A stretch of 64,000 nucleotides of DNA from Marsupella aquatica (lineage: Eukaryota > Plantae > Marchantiophyta): contig OZ316892.1 of assembly GCA_973895155.1 (NCBI GenBank), positions 23,351,168 through 23,415,167 on the forward strand. Reading direction: 5' to 3'. Below the pieces are notes generated by a model, which saw nothing but the letters and a program-made list of their open reading frames with translations, was not told where the DNA came from and did not search any database. Of the stretch, positions 62,050-64,000 are shown in pieces (positions within the stretch are counted from its first letter, which is position 1; each line of letters begins with the position of its first letter). The position numbers and the translations under genes were made by a program.

Positions 62050-64000
62050 CTAATCTAACAACATATCATTGAGTTCCCCATCGTCCGGTGTTCTAGGTAG
62101 CTCTTCTTCAATGTTTGGCTCATTTTCTTTAGGCTCCTCCTGGTCATCAGTATCCACATAAATGCTAGTACCAATGACTCCCAACTGCCCACCAACCGGA
62201 GGCTGAACTTCTTGTCCCTGGCCACCTTCACCGGACACTTGTGCTTCATCGTATAGAGTCCAGACAGATTCCAATGTCATAATCCGACTCCTCAAAAATT
62301 CTACCTGAGTCTCACCTTTGTCAACAGCACACCCATTCCGAGAGTTGAGAAGTGCAGCCACCAATGTTGACCCAGTTCCACAACAAAGGTCTGCCACCCA
62401 GTCCCCTTTCTCACTGAAATGATTAACAAACCAATCACCCAATGCAATTGGTTTTTGGTAAGGGTTTACAATAAACCCTAATGGACTCACAGACTTTGTA
62501 GTAACACAGGGAACTTTCACAATGTTCACCCTGCTTTCATCAGGAGCAAAATTGTACATCTCCTTCTTTCGGACTCCATCCTCACTGTAATAACCAATTG
62601 ACCAGTTCTCAAAGGCCCAAGCTAGCCTTGGCCCAGAAGGGTGCTCATGGATGTTTGTCTTCTCCCATATACCGGCCTCAACTCCGCAATTGCAAACCTT
62701 CTCAAGTGCGCTCATAACGCTATTTGTCTGCTGCAAGGAATGGATCACAACAAACCTCCACATTGGAGAGGTGGTGATTTTAGCAAAATTAGTAACCATC
62801 TCATTTACATCCTGTTCAGTGAAAGGTTCCTCGTCAAACTGAGAACCAGGGGCATTGAAACCGTATAGGATGTCTGCAATTGCCAAAGTGAAATGTTTTG
62901 GCTCTAGAAAGGTTTCTAGTTTCCGAATATCTCCAACATGAAGAGAATATGAGAATGCGTCTCCATTTGCATTCTTCCATTGATGTTGAGATGAAGCTGT
63001 AGCAATTGATGAGATATTTAGTCTCCGATTGTGTTTTTCAATTGCTTCAAGAACATAGTTCTTGAAGACGTAGGGGATGTCGCATGAAGGAATCTCAACC
63101 TCCACGCCCTCGTCAAATTCATTTCCAAAAATGACTTTTTTCTTCCTCTTTGAACTGATTTTGAACTGCACATTAAACAAAACTCTTTGTAAGATTTCCA
63201 AACACAAATTTTGAATGCCACCAGTGATACAAGTAACACTACCTGCATTCAATATCTCAAATATTTGCTTTGAATATATATAACTGAAAACAAAGGGACA
63301 TAAGGACATTGTGCTTACTGCTTCTGTGAGCTTTTCGCACCAAGTTGAAAGGACTTTCACATCGGTTTCCTGGGGAAACATTTCCCGGCATGTTGCCCAA
63401 TCTTTTTGACCAGAAATCTGCAGGAACAATTTCTTTACCTTTGCCAACTTCTTAAGTGTCTCACCTTCTTTGAACATTTGTTCTAGAGTGATTTTCTTTC
63501 CAATTACTCTGTTTAGGAGTCGCTTCACATGCTCCTGATTGGAAAGCCCCTGGAGAGCTCTGAAGACCCTCAAATTGAAATGCCCAGAGAGCTTGTTCAT
63601 TTTGATTTCACTTACACTCAGCGGTTTAGGTTTAGCTTTTGATTTACCTTTTGATGTTGCTGATAGCTGCTTGGCCATGATTGGCTTTGTTTGACCAAGG
63701 ATCTCAAACTTTTGCCACATAGAGAAAATTTTATCTTGGAGCTCCCAAATCTCCCCAGATTGAAAGGCAATCTGAAATGTAGGGTCATGTTTGGCCATTG
63801 AGTCACGAACACCTGGAGTGTAATCAAGCATACATTCCTTACAACAAGCTTCTTGCAACTCTTTAGTTGACCCCACATTCATTTCCATGAAAATATTGTG
63901 ACAGGCACGAACTTTGTCAATCGATGTCATGGTTTTCCGGTACTCCTGGTCGTAGTTATGCTGGAAAGCCAGCATCCTGATCTCATGTCTCGTTAGACCA
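62050..64000 (-). CDS. Methyltransferase paralog 2 (5' part runs off the window; probable 153-bp intron 63166-63318)
   Basis: LAFQHNYDQEYRKTMTSIDKV is homologous to LAWSHNIDSEFRQQMTTIQRV of copy 1. Motifs include IADILYG and NPYQKP...VADLCCGTGS...RNGCAVDK. The intron is at the position equivalent to copy 1 intron 1. Confidence 0.85.
   Translation of the reverse strand, partial: GLTRHEIRMLAFQHNYDQEYRKTMTSIDKVRACHNIFMEMNVGSTKELQEACCKECMLDYTPGVRDSMAKHDPTFQIAFQSGEIWELQDKIFSMWQKFEILGQTKPIMAKQLSATSKGKSKAKPKPLSVSEIKMNKLSGHFNLRVFRALQGLSNQEHVKRLLNRVIGKKITLEQMFKEGETLKKLAKVKKLFLQISGQKDWATCREMFPQETDVKVLSTWCEKLTEAVSTMSLCPFVFSYIYSKQIFEILNAGSVTCITGGIQNLCLEILQRVLFNVQFKISSKRKKKVIFGNEFDEGVEVEIPSCDIPYVFKNYVLEAIEKHNRRLNISSIATASSQHQWKNANGDAFSYSLHVGDIRKLETFLEPKHFTLAIADILYGFNAPGSQFDEEPFTEQDVNEMVTNFAKITTSPMWRFVVIHSLQQTNSVMSALEKVCNCGVEAGIWEKTNIHEHPSGPRLAWAFENWSIGYYSEDGVRKKEMYNFAPDESRVNIVKVPCVTTKSVSPLGFIVNPYQKPIALGDWFVNHFSEKGDWVADLCCGTGSTLVAALLNSRNGCAVDKGETQVEFLRSRIMTLESVWTLYDEAQVSGEGGQGQEVQPPVGGQLGVIGTSIYVDTDDQEEPKENEPNIEEELPRTPDDGELNDMLLD

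Noticed and set aside
55562-64000. Bacterial contamination or a restriction-modification operon
   Set aside because: The genes have spliceosomal introns at conserved positions, are contiguous with plant TEs, and no restriction endonuclease is evident.

Overview
This is eukaryotic land-plant nuclear DNA, most likely from a bryophyte-grade lineage (GT-AG introns, Bianca/Copia, CACTA, TTTAGGG motifs, DUF7869 genes); the species cannot be determined from the sequence. 1-9 kb: an intron-rich host DEDDh exonuclease gene (REX4/ISG20-like, minus strand), a DUF7869 relic, and a short TIR element carrying a calmodulin-like gene fragment. 9-48 kb: a five-level TE nest in which every inner insertion has a readable target-site duplication (TSD). 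A decayed Copia contains CACTA-1 (12656-46892), which has divergent TnpA/TnpD genes and a SET-domain exon. CACTA-1 contains CACTA-2 (16804-40573), which contains a Kolobok-like element (17622-35784, TTAA TSD). That element has a spliced 759-aa transposase, a convergent KolX/P2X7-ballast-like gene and tandem tRNA-mimic RNAs. Its first intron holds a Bianca Copia (23422-29423) and a 4.65-kb solo-LTR-like unit with a 1220-codon ORF (29606-34255). 49-64 kb holds the most striking part: two paralogous DUF7869 (Sola-like DDD) transposase genes alternate with two paralogous spliced genes for a bacterial-type beta-class N6A/N4C DNA methyltransferase, the complete copy fused to a ParB-like domain. The region also carries 16-bp palindromes and a TCATGA-palindrome tandem array. 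This is a candidate undescribed methyltransferase-carrying DNA transposon. All family assignments come from manual motif recognition, not database searches.
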